From: an uncultured Methanomassiliicoccales archaeon
Lineage (GTDB): Archaea > Thermoplasmatota > Thermoplasmata > Methanomassiliicoccales > UBA472
Reading direction: 5' to 3'
Assembly: GCA_942492955.1 (NCBI GenBank)
Contig: OW818644.1
Location: 706,327 to 770,326 of the forward strand
Length of the DNA stretch: 64,000 nucleotides
The position numbers were made by a program, and so were the translations under genes. The notes under the pieces were generated by a model that made no database searches, was not told the DNA's origin, and worked only from the letters and a program-made list of their open reading frames with translations. Every line of letters begins with the position of its first letter. The first letter of the stretch is position 1. This document shows positions 31,293-39,987 of the stretch, piece after piece.

Positions 31293-31743
31293 TTAGAACG
31301 ACCCTTTTGGGAATCGAGAGCATATAGGGTTCCTCAAACATTTTCCTTATTCTAATTCTGAATGATTTATTGAGTATAGTTGTTCAATCGAGACAATTGT
31401 GGATTGGATCAACTTGATCCGATTGGGCTTCGTCATTTCAAGCGTGTGAAACACGGAGACTACCATCCAGGTACGAATAGAATATTATGATTTTTTGGCT
31501 ATGGCTCACCCGAGGTCTTCATATCGAATATATCTTAAACTCGAGGCACTCCTAAAGTCATTTACACGGAAGTAAATCCTAGCGAGAAAAATCGACCCTA
31601 GATTGAAAGAAGCTAGGAACAAGGTCAAGTGATAATGATACACGTGCTCAGGACATGTACATGAGCTTGTCTTGGACCGGAGAGTAAATGGCTGTCGAAG
31701 GCGAAATCCTTCGAACATTTGATAAGAGTGAGGTGAAAACGAT

Positions 31744-33615
31744 ATGGCTAAGATCATCGGAATAGACCTGGGAACAAGTAATTCGGCCGCAGCCGTTATG
31801 GAAGGCGGGAGGCCAACGATAATACCGAGCGCGGAGGGCACCAGCATCGGGGGGAAAGCATTCCCTTCATACGTTGCATTCACAAAGGATGGCCAGTTAC
31901 TGGTCGGTGAGCCCGCGAGACGTCAGGCGGTCACAAATCCGGAGGGCACCATTGCCGCCATTAAGAGGAAGATGGGAACTGACTACAAGGCCAGCATCAA
32001 CGGCAAGGATTACTCACCCCAGCAGATTTCGGCGTTCATCCTCCAGAAGATCAAGAGGGATGCTGAGGCATATCTGAACGATACCGTCACCAAGGCGGTC
32101 ATCACCGTCCCTGCCTATTTCAACGACAATCAGAGGACTGCCACGAAGGATGCCGGGGAGATCGCTGGCCTGGAAGTGATAAGGATCATCAACGAGCCCA
32201 CGGCAGCCGCGTTGGCTTACGGTTTGGACAAGAAGAACACCTCCCAAAAGATCATGGTCTTCGATTTGGGGGGAGGCACTCTGGACGTCACCATCATGGA
32301 CTTCTCGGAAGGAGTTTTCGAGGTGGTCTCGACGTCGGGCGACACGCAACTAGGCGGGACCGACATGGATGAAATCGTGATGAAGTTCGTCGTCCAGGAG
32401 TTCAAAAAGCAGTCCGGCGTGGACCTGACCGCGGACAAGATGGCCATGTGGCGCGTCCGGGAAGCATGCGAGAAGGCCAAGATCGAGCTCTCGACCACGA
32501 TGTCGACAGAGATCAATCTGCCCTTCATCAGTGCCGACGCCACCGGGCCGAAGCACCTTTCCCAGACCATAACCCGGGCGACGCTGGAAGAGCTGGTCAA
32601 CCCGGTAGTTGAACGATGCAGAGCACCGGTGGAGAAGGCTCTTAAGGACGCGAACCTGTCCCAGGCGCAGATCGACAACGTGATTCTGGTGGGCGGTCCG
32701 ACCCGTATGCCGTCGGTGCAAGAGTTCATCGAAAGGATGGTGGGAAAGAAGATCCAGCGTGGGGTCGATCCGATGGAGTGCGTAGCAATGGGTGCCGCCA
32801 TCCAGGCCGCCGTCCTTTCCGGAGAGGTCAAAGATGTCCTATTGCTTGACGTGACGCCGCTCTCACTAGGGATCGAGACGCTGGGAGGTGTATTCACTAA
32901 ACTGATCGAGAGGAACACCACCATCCCGACCCGTAAGTCCCAGATATTCTCCACCGCGTCCGAGGGGCAGAACAGCGTGGAGATACATGTGCTGCAGGGA
33001 GAGAGGGAGATGGCCGCCAACAACACGTCGCTAGGCAGGTTCACTCTATCAGGGATCCCGCCCGCACCCAGGGGCGTGCCTCAGATCGAGGTAACGTTCA
33101 ACATCGACGCCAATGGCATAATCAACGTCAGCGCCAAGGACCTCGGTACGTCCAAACAGACCGATATCACCATCACTGCCTCGACCAAGCTCTCCAAGGA
33201 CGAGATCGACAAGATGGTTCATGATGCGGAAATGTTCGCCGCGGACGACAAGAAGAATCGGGAACGGGTCGAAACGATCAATCAGGCGGACAATCTCATC
33301 TATACGACGGAGCACGCCCTGCAAGAGCTGGGGGCGACCGCTACCAACGAGGAAAGGGTTAGCGTCGAGAACGCTATCGCCGATCTTAAAGCAGAGATAC
33401 CGAAGGGCGAAACGGCCACGTTGAAAACGAAAATGGAAGCATTGTCAAAAATATTCTACACGATCTCGGCCCGCATCTACCAGAATGTCCAAAAAGAACA
33501 ACAGGCGGAACAGCAACAGGCGGAACAGCATGAGCCCAGTCCTGAAGGTGCGGAGAGGAACGAGGATGGGACCATTGACGCCGATTACAAGATAGTCGAC
33601 GACGAGAAACCGTAG
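31744..33615 (+). CDS. dnaK: Molecular chaperone DnaK (Hsp70)
   Basis: [20 protein letters not shown] and [11 protein letters not shown]. 623 aa. SD GAGGTGA lies upstream. Confidence 0.97.
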   Translation: MAKIIGIDLGTSNSAAAVMEGGRPTIIPSAEGTSIGGKAFPSYVAFTKDGQLLVGEPARRQAVTNPEGTIAAIKRKMGTDYKASINGKDYSPQQISAFILQKIKRDAEAYLNDTVTKAVITVPAYFNDNQRTATKDAGEIAGLEVIRIINEPTAAALAYGLDKKNTSQKIMVFDLGGGTLDVTIMDFSEGVFEVVSTSGDTQLGGTDMDEIVMKFVVQEFKKQSGVDLTADKMAMWRVREACEKAKIELSTTMSTEINLPFISADATGPKHLSQTITRATLEELVNPVVERCRAPVEKALKDANLSQAQIDNVILVGGPTRMPSVQEFIERMVGKKIQRGVDPMECVAMGAAIQAAVLSGEVKDVLLLDVTPLSLGIETLGGVFTKLIERNTTIPTRKSQIFSTASEGQNSVEIHVLQGEREMAANNTSLGRFTLSGIPPAPRGVPQIEVTFNIDANGIINVSAKDLGTSKQTDITITASTKLSKDEIDKMVHDAEMFAADDKKNRERVETINQADNLIYTTEHALQELGATATNEERVSVENAIADLKAEIPKGETATLKTKMEALSKIFYTISARIYQNVQKEQQAEQQQAEQHEPSPEGAERNEDGTIDADYKIVDDEKP

Positions 33616-33630
33616 GCCGGATGAACCATC

Positions 33631-34728
33631 ATGGCCGATAAAAGGGACTACTATGAGACATTGGGCGTCGCCAAGGATGCCGGCATCGATGACATTAAGT
33701 CAGCCTACCGCAAGCTTGCAAGGCAATACCACCCTGACGTGACCAAGGAGGACCCGAAGAAGGCGGAGGAACGGTTCAAGGACATCTCTGAAGCGTACGA
33801 GGTCCTCATGGACCCGGAGAAACGGAAGCTCTATGACAACTATGGCAGTGCCGGTGTCTCTGGCCAGTTCTCGGAGGGCGACAATTTCTCATGGCAGGAC
33901 TTTTCTCATGGACAGGACCTGAACGACATCTTTGGCGACATGTCGGGCTCGGAGTTCGGCAATCTGTTCGATTTCTTTGGCGGAGGTCGGCAGCAGGGAC
34001 CTCGCCCAGGGCAAAATCTCCGATTGGATATCGAGATCACCCTGGAGGAGGCGGCTCGCGGCATCAGGCGGGAGATTACCGCACCCATGACGGTGATGTG
34101 CGATCTGTGCAACGGCACTGGATCAAAGGATGGCAAGAGCCATAGATGCAGTACCTGCAATGGCAAGGGTCAGGTCAATCGCGTTGTCCGCCAAGGTAAT
34201 AATCAGATCGTTACGGTCGGCATCTGTCCCAAGTGCAAGGGCAAGGGAAAATTGATAGACCACCCATGCCCAAAGTGCAATGGGGAAGGATACATCCACA
34301 AGCCGCAGAAGATCGAGATCACCATCCCGAAAGGTGTGGACTCGGGAATGCGGCTCAGGGTTCCCGGGGCAGGGGAAATATCACCGAATGGAGGGAGGCC
34401 GGGCAACCTGTTTATCGTCATCCACGTGCGGGATCATCCGATCTTCAAGCGTGACGGCGTAAATCTCTCGATTGAGCAAGACATCTCTTTTGCCGATGCT
34501 GCACTGGGGGGAGAGATAAAGGTCCCGACGTTGTTCGGATCGGCCAGGTTGACCATACCGGCGGGTACGCAGACGGGCACGGAGTTCAGGCTTAGAGGGG
34601 CAGGCCTGGACCGTCTCGATTCGAAAGGGAAGGGCGATCAGGTCGTGCGCGTCAGGGTTAAGGTTCCGAGGAAACTGAACGATGAACAGAAGGCGCAGTT
34701 GCGCAGGTTCGCTGATCTAGACAACTAA
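33631..34728 (+). CDS. dnaJ: Co-chaperone DnaJ (type I)
   Basis: J-domain with YHPDV, a G/F-rich linker, and four CxxCxGxG motifs (CDLCNGTG, CSTCNGKG, CPKCKGKG, CPKCNGEG). Confidence 0.95.
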   Translation: MADKRDYYETLGVAKDAGIDDIKSAYRKLARQYHPDVTKEDPKKAEERFKDISEAYEVLMDPEKRKLYDNYGSAGVSGQFSEGDNFSWQDFSHGQDLNDIFGDMSGSEFGNLFDFFGGGRQQGPRPGQNLRLDIEITLEEAARGIRREITAPMTVMCDLCNGTGSKDGKSHRCSTCNGKGQVNRVVRQGNNQIVTVGICPKCKGKGKLIDHPCPKCNGEGYIHKPQKIEITIPKGVDSGMRLRVPGAGEISPNGGRPGNLFIVIHVRDHPIFKRDGVNLSIEQDISFADAALGGEIKVPTLFGSARLTIPAGTQTGTEFRLRGAGLDRLDSKGKGDQVVRVRVKVPRKLNDEQKAQLRRFADLDN

Positions 34729-34759
34729 TTGTGTCCTCCTGAGCACGAATTTAAGCCAG

Positions 34760-35017
34760 CTAATCCTCAGTGTATTGCTCTTTTACCAGCTCAACGGATG
34801 TCTCGTCCTTGTGGGCGCTATCCTTTTTGTGCTTTTTCCCGCCCTCCGTGGTGCCATCCCAGCCCCGCATGAACCCTTCCTCCGTTGCCGTGATCTCATC
34901 GTCCTCCAGCATCTCCTGTCTCGAGTCTTCATTGTAGATATCCTCGGGCTGCTTTTCCTCTTCGTCAGTGAATTTTTCGGAATCTACCTCACGCTTCTTG
35001 GGCTTTCGCTCGTTCAT
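34760..35017 (-). CDS. Small acidic hypothetical protein (85 aa)
   Basis: I prefer the internal ATG at 35017 (MNERKPKKREVD...), which is preceded by GGTGA, over the ORF-track start at 35119. The protein is highly charged and contains the motif EEGFMRGW. Confidence 0.45.
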   Translation of the reverse strand: MNERKPKKREVDSEKFTDEEEKQPEDIYNEDSRQEMLEDDEITATEEGFMRGWDGTTEGGKKHKKDSAHKDETSVELVKEQYTED

Positions 35018-35342
35018 GACTTCACCTCGAATGCATATTGGGAGGAGGACATTAATAAGGCAATTTGACACGGCAGAAAATCTAGGCCGCCCTCGAATCG
35101 ATATTTTCCGGATTACCAATTATTTCTCTATCATTTCCTTGGGTCAGGTCTCGTAGACTGGAAACTGAAGACCTGCCATGATGTGCTCGAATTCGATTTC
35201 GCAAGGCAAAGGTGTCGGTGGGAATAACCTGAGCAAACGATCCCCAGGAATTCAACTGATACATCTGGATGATCAACAGTCAATGGCGAGAGATGAACCC
35301 AAACCTAATATACTGATGGACAAGAAGATAGTCTAGAGGCCT

Positions 35343-36539
35343 GTGTCGCTTAGATTAGTGGAAGTTGTCGTGCCGGAAAGCGGTGCGGAAAAGGTGGAGG
35401 CTGTTCTTAAGGACCAACAAATAGATAAACTGCCGACCGTCCCACTCAGCGGCAACATGATGCTGGTTCGTGTCATCCTCGAGGCTGAGGAGGCGGAAGC
35501 AGTGACAGAAAGGTTCAGAGATGCATTTGGCATCGATGACAGTTTCCGTGTAAACCTCATTCCCCTTGAAGCGACGATACCGGCGCATAAGCCAAGGGAA
35601 GACGCCGAAAAGGAAAAGAAGAAGGAAATCGTGGAGAAGGCGAAGGAGGAAAAGGCAGGGGCGCCGAACAAAACGGGTGGAAGCAACATACCGCCGAGTC
35701 TGGCACCACTTGATGCGGAAAGCACTTCCCCGGCGTCGGAGGAGATCGCGAACAGCCCGCCCGCGGATATGGTTCAGCAGTCGGAAGTTAGCGATAAGGA
35801 AGAAAAAAGGAAGAGGTCACGCATCAGCAAGGATGAACTATATTCGGATCTGAACGATGCGGTGAAGGTCAACAGCACTTACTTCGCACTGGTGATGCTT
35901 TCGGTGGTAGTGGCGGCCGTCGGGTTGGTGCAAAACAACATCGCGGTGATCATCGGAGCAATGGTTATTGCCCCGCTGCTGGCCCCCAACGTGGCTCTCT
36001 CCTTATCTTCAACCCTTGCGGATAGGAAGCTTGCAGCAAAGGCATTACTTTCGCTAAGCACGGGACTGATATTGGCCTTGGTTCTGTCCATCGTCTTGGG
36101 TTTTTTCCTGAGAGTGGACCCGACCTTAACGGAGATAGCACTCCGCACAAATGTGGGAATTGGGGATGTGATCGTTGGCCTGGCGGCCGGAGCCGCGGCA
36201 GCTCTCTTTTTCAGTCTCGGCATTGGGACCGCATTGGTAGGCGTGACCGTCGCCGCAGCGCTATTGCCACCTCTGGTTGTCACAGGCCTCCTCATAGGGA
36301 TAGGCGAATATCATATGGCCTCTCAATCCCTTCTTCTCCTGGTCAGCAACCTTATCGGAATAAACCTGTCCGGAACGGCAGTATTCATCTGGAAAGGAGT
36401 ATGGCCCAGTTCCTGGTGGGACGAGAAGAAGGCAAAACGCACCGCACTTAGCGCCCTAGTGGTCTGGATCGCGATGTTTTTGGTGTTGGTCATAATCCTT
36501 CTGGTAATACAGCGCGTCCTCGTTTTCAGTTGGCCATGA
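35343..36539 (+). CDS. TIGR00341/DUF389-family membrane protein with a ~90-aa charged low-complexity insert
   Basis: GTG start. An N-terminal small alpha/beta domain is followed by a K/E-rich linker. The hydrophobic core IAVIIGAMVIAPLLAPN is characteristic of DUF389. Confidence 0.7.
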   Translation: MSLRLVEVVVPESGAEKVEAVLKDQQIDKLPTVPLSGNMMLVRVILEAEEAEAVTERFRDAFGIDDSFRVNLIPLEATIPAHKPREDAEKEKKKEIVEKAKEEKAGAPNKTGGSNIPPSLAPLDAESTSPASEEIANSPPADMVQQSEVSDKEEKRKRSRISKDELYSDLNDAVKVNSTYFALVMLSVVVAAVGLVQNNIAVIIGAMVIAPLLAPNVALSLSSTLADRKLAAKALLSLSTGLILALVLSIVLGFFLRVDPTLTEIALRTNVGIGDVIVGLAAGAAAALFFSLGIGTALVGVTVAAALLPPLVVTGLLIGIGEYHMASQSLLLLVSNLIGINLSGTAVFIWKGVWPSSWWDEKKAKRTALSALVVWIAMFLVLVIILLVIQRVLVFSWP

Positions 36540-36665
36540 CATGCAGATGACGGCAATGCTTACATCATGACGCACGAAAAAGCCCCAGTGGACTAAGAAT
36601 GTAAGAACCTAAAGAAAAGTATATTTATTCGTAACTATACTATTCAAATAAGCAGGGGGATAGGA

Positions 36666-36938
36666 ATGCCACAGGAAATATTGAGCAGCGAAAAGAAGCA
36701 CGTCATAACGAAGAATGGCATGAATCTCGGAGAAATGACCGGGTGTAATATCGACACCTCCAAATGGGTCGTCACAAGCATAATTGTAGAACTCCACAAC
36801 GATATGACCACGCAGCTTAATGTCAAGAAGCCATTCATGAAAAGAGCAATGATCAAAATCCGACCCGATCAGATCGGTGTTGTTGGTGACGTGATACATC
36901 TGAGCGTTGACCTAGAGGCTCTCAAGACCAACCTCTAG
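36666..36938 (+). CDS. Single-domain PRC-barrel protein (copy 1)
   Basis: 90 aa. KHVITKNGMNLGEMTGCNIDTSKWVVTSIIVEL is a PRC-barrel-type beta pattern. It is 63/90 identical to 39433..39705. Confidence 0.7.
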   Translation: MPQEILSSEKKHVITKNGMNLGEMTGCNIDTSKWVVTSIIVELHNDMTTQLNVKKPFMKRAMIKIRPDQIGVVGDVIHLSVDLEALKTNL

Positions 36939-37421
36939 TCGTCTATCTTGAAAGGTCGTTTCTGTGATTGGATCCTTTCCATTACTTGATATTATATCTT
37001 ACCAGGAAATAGATGTGGAATGTCATTTTGTCATATTCCTGACATGAATCGGATCGGCGTTGTACGAGGATGATGTTCATGATAACCTTTGTTGGAGTAA
37101 GTTCTGAACCTCCCTCATTCCTCTTGGTCAATTCTTTCCTCGATTTTGACAGTCCTTCAGATTCCTTGATGACCCATCATCGAGATCGATGATTCGAATT
37201 TTGTGTCAACAAAGGATTCTTACAAAACTGTCAAAAACGATACATCGTTATCACGGATTTTTATGCAAAAAATGCAACTAAATCCGAATATCCAGATAGG
37301 TATTTTAACTATCTAGTCCCAAAGAATATAAATAGCGTTGAAAACGTATAATTCCCTGATTCTTTTCACAAGGTTTCCCTCCTTTTCAATTGGGACTTGT
37401 GAAACATTATCGGTAGAGGGG

Positions 37422-39302
37422 ATGGGTTGTATGAACAACGAAGAAACGATCAGCATAGAAAATAATCAGACCGGTTACGAAGGGGATGTGAGGGCGGGGA
37501 ACAGAGGTGTGTCCCCTCTTGAGATCACGCACTCTGATCACTTGAGGAAGTACGACCCCGAGCTGTACCGGGAGCTCAATTCCCCGGATGATCTCGAAAC
37601 CATTAGACAAAACATCTTCTCGCTTCTGATCAAAAGGGAAATGTCGCTCTTCTCGGGCGATTGTGATATTGATACCTTGGAACGGTCGAACGCGCTCAAC
37701 TGTATAGGCGTGCTGAAGAATCTTTTCTCACAGAGGAATGAAGGAGTCTCCGGACACAGTACACTATCAACGATGAGAGAGATCATCAGGGAGCATCCTG
37801 GTAAGATCAGCGGCAAACGCAAGGCGGCATACTCGGATTTCTTTTACATCGATCTCGGTTCATTGGGACTTTCAGACATTTATCGAGAATCGGCACCAAC
37901 CTTCCTCAGCTACGGTGGTAGGGAAGCGGCTAGGGTCCGATCGGATTACCTGGACGTCCTGGCCGAAAGATGCATGAAAAGGATCACTGCCTACCGCTCT
38001 GGACTGGATCCCGAGACCATTTCAAAAAGGAAGCAGAACCGGGACCGGATACTGAAATATCTGGGAGCGGACCTGAACGACTGGGAGGACTATCAGTGGC
38101 ATCGAAGGAACGTGTTCACCAATGCCCATTCGATCGCGGAAATTGTAACGTTATCCAACGAGGAGGGTGTGGCGATCGAGCTGGCCAACATGCACGGATT
38201 GCCCTTTGGGATCACGCCCTACTATCTATCTTTGTTCGACCGGAATCCGTCGCGGACCTTTGATCATGCGATCAGAGCCCAGGTCATCCCGCCGCTGAGC
38301 TACATTAATGGCATACTCGAATCGAAGGCGTTAGGGGCATCGCGCCTGGACTTCATGAAGGAAGGGCAGACCTCCCCGGTGGATCTTGTCACAAGACGAT
38401 ATCCGATGATCGCGATCCTGAAACCATTCAATGCCTGCGCACAGATCTGCGTCTATTGCCAAAGGAATTGGGAGATAGGAAATGTGTGTGACCCACAAGC
38501 TCTGGCCTCTCCGGAGAGCATCTCCCGTGCGCTGGATTGGTTCAGATCCCATCCCATGGTCACCGAGGTCCTGGTGACTGGTGGAGATCCCGCCCTTATA
38601 GATGATAAGGTGCTGGTCGATCTTCTTCAACGACTTTCGGACATCGAACATGTGAGGAGGATCAGGATCGGGACCAGGCTGCCGGTGGTCCTCCCGATGA
38701 GGTTCACCGATGAACTGGTCGAGTCCATTGGTAAGTTCCATCATCCTGTGGAATTAGACCTCTGCATCGTGACCCACATCGAGCACCCTTACGAGATCAC
38801 ACCGGAGTTGGTAAAGGCCATCCAGAAGTTGAGGATGCAAGGTATCGCAGTCTACAACCAACAGGTCTTCACTATGGAGAACAGCAGAAAATTCGAGACC
38901 GCCGCCCTAAGATTGCTACTGAAGCAGATTGGGGTGGACCCATACTACACGTTCAACACGAAAGGCAAGAAGGAGACGAACTGGTACAGGGTCCCGATCG
39001 CGAGGTTGCTGCAAGAAAGGAAGGAAGAGGCCAGAATGATCCCAGGACTGTCGCGGACGGATGAGCCTGTGTTCAATATCCCTGCCCTGGGCAAGAACGA
39101 TCTGCGCTCGTGGCAGCATCATGACCTGATAGCGATCTCACCTCGGGGCGAGCGCATCTACGAATTCCATCCATGGGAAAAGAACATCAGCAACGCGCCT
39201 ACGTTCGTCTATGCCGACGTGCCGATACTGGACTACTTGATGAGACTGAGGGAACGGGGAGAAGAGTTGGACGATTACCGCAGCATTTGGTATTATTTCT
39301 GA
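37422..39302 (+). CDS. KamA-family radical-SAM/PLP amino-acid 2,3-aminomutase-like protein with a ~230-aa N-terminal extension
   Basis: CAQICVYCQR (CxxxCxxC), WEDYQWHRRN (the KamA N-terminal motif) at about residue 235, and the PLP-Lys block IPALGK. I prefer the ATG at 37422 (SD GGTAGAGGGG), or the one at 37431, to the TTG at 37338. Confidence 0.8.
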   Translation: MGCMNNEETISIENNQTGYEGDVRAGNRGVSPLEITHSDHLRKYDPELYRELNSPDDLETIRQNIFSLLIKREMSLFSGDCDIDTLERSNALNCIGVLKNLFSQRNEGVSGHSTLSTMREIIREHPGKISGKRKAAYSDFFYIDLGSLGLSDIYRESAPTFLSYGGREAARVRSDYLDVLAERCMKRITAYRSGLDPETISKRKQNRDRILKYLGADLNDWEDYQWHRRNVFTNAHSIAEIVTLSNEEGVAIELANMHGLPFGITPYYLSLFDRNPSRTFDHAIRAQVIPPLSYINGILESKALGASRLDFMKEGQTSPVDLVTRRYPMIAILKPFNACAQICVYCQRNWEIGNVCDPQALASPESISRALDWFRSHPMVTEVLVTGGDPALIDDKVLVDLLQRLSDIEHVRRIRIGTRLPVVLPMRFTDELVESIGKFHHPVELDLCIVTHIEHPYEITPELVKAIQKLRMQGIAVYNQQVFTMENSRKFETAALRLLLKQIGVDPYYTFNTKGKKETNWYRVPIARLLQERKEEARMIPGLSRTDEPVFNIPALGKNDLRSWQHHDLIAISPRGERIYEFHPWEKNISNAPTFVYADVPILDYLMRLRERGEELDDYRSIWYYF

Positions 39303-39432
39303 GAACGGATCGTCGTTCTCATGATATTTGCATCTGGAGTGCGATGATCAAGGTCTCCATTATATTCATCCAGTGAATATCATGACTAACAATATTTATA
39401 GAACAAAATACTATTTGTGGCTGGGATGCAGG

Positions 39433-39705
39433 ATGCCGATAGAACTTTCAAGTATCGAGCGAAAGCACGTTATTACGAAGGACGGTAGGAATCTCGGAGA
39501 CATGGTGGGCAGCAACATCGACACCTCCAAATGGACGGTCACGAGCCTTGTCGTCGAGCTCCATAAGGACATGGTCAAGCCGCTGAATGTCAAGAAACCG
39601 TTCATGAGCAGGGCCAAGATCAAGATCCGGACGGACCAGATCGGCGTCGTTGGGGACGTCATCCAGCTAACCATGGATCTGGATACGCTAAGGACACAAC
39701 TCTAA
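39433..39705 (+). CDS. Single-domain PRC-barrel protein (copy 2)
   Basis: The internal ATG at 39433 gives a 90-aa product colinear with copy 1. The ORF-track start at 39328 adds 35 residues with no counterpart in copy 1. Confidence 0.7.
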   Translation: MPIELSSIERKHVITKDGRNLGDMVGSNIDTSKWTVTSLVVELHKDMVKPLNVKKPFMSRAKIKIRTDQIGVVGDVIQLTMDLDTLRTQL

Positions 39706-39713
39706 CAGCGGAT

Positions 39714-39971
39714 TCAGTCCCGGTCACTTTTCCGGCCACCAATATCCTCTGGAACGTCGGTTTCATCACGTTGGCGAGAACACTTCCAGCAAATCCTGTT
39801 GCGGCTGAGGTTGAGTGCACCACACTCGCAGGTCCATAGTCCCTTCAGATTGTACGTATCGCATATAGCGCATCGGGCAGGATTGTCCTGCCTTGGTATC
39901 TCGGACATCGGATATGTTTCGATTCTCCAGGTATTTCTAGCTGGTGAGACAATGTTCGCCTGGAACATCAA
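39714..39971 (-). CDS. Small zinc-finger protein (zinc-ribbon / RanBP2-like Cys pattern)
   Basis: CAIC-x10-WTCEC-x3-N-x6-CWKC. It lies 16 nt downstream of the surface-protein gene on the same strand. The alternative start M22 is at 39908. Confidence 0.5.
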   Translation of the reverse strand: MMFQANIVSPARNTWRIETYPMSEIPRQDNPARCAICDTYNLKGLWTCECGALNLSRNRICWKCSRQRDETDVPEDIGGRKSDRD

Positions 39972-39987
39972 GGAAATGTGACCGGGA

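Noticed and set aside
31688-31765. A 25-codon upstream ORF ([25 protein letters not shown]) overlapping the dnaK start out of frame.
   Set aside because: It has no SD and runs through the dnaK SD and start codon. The hairpin it contains is reported separately as the more likely functional element.
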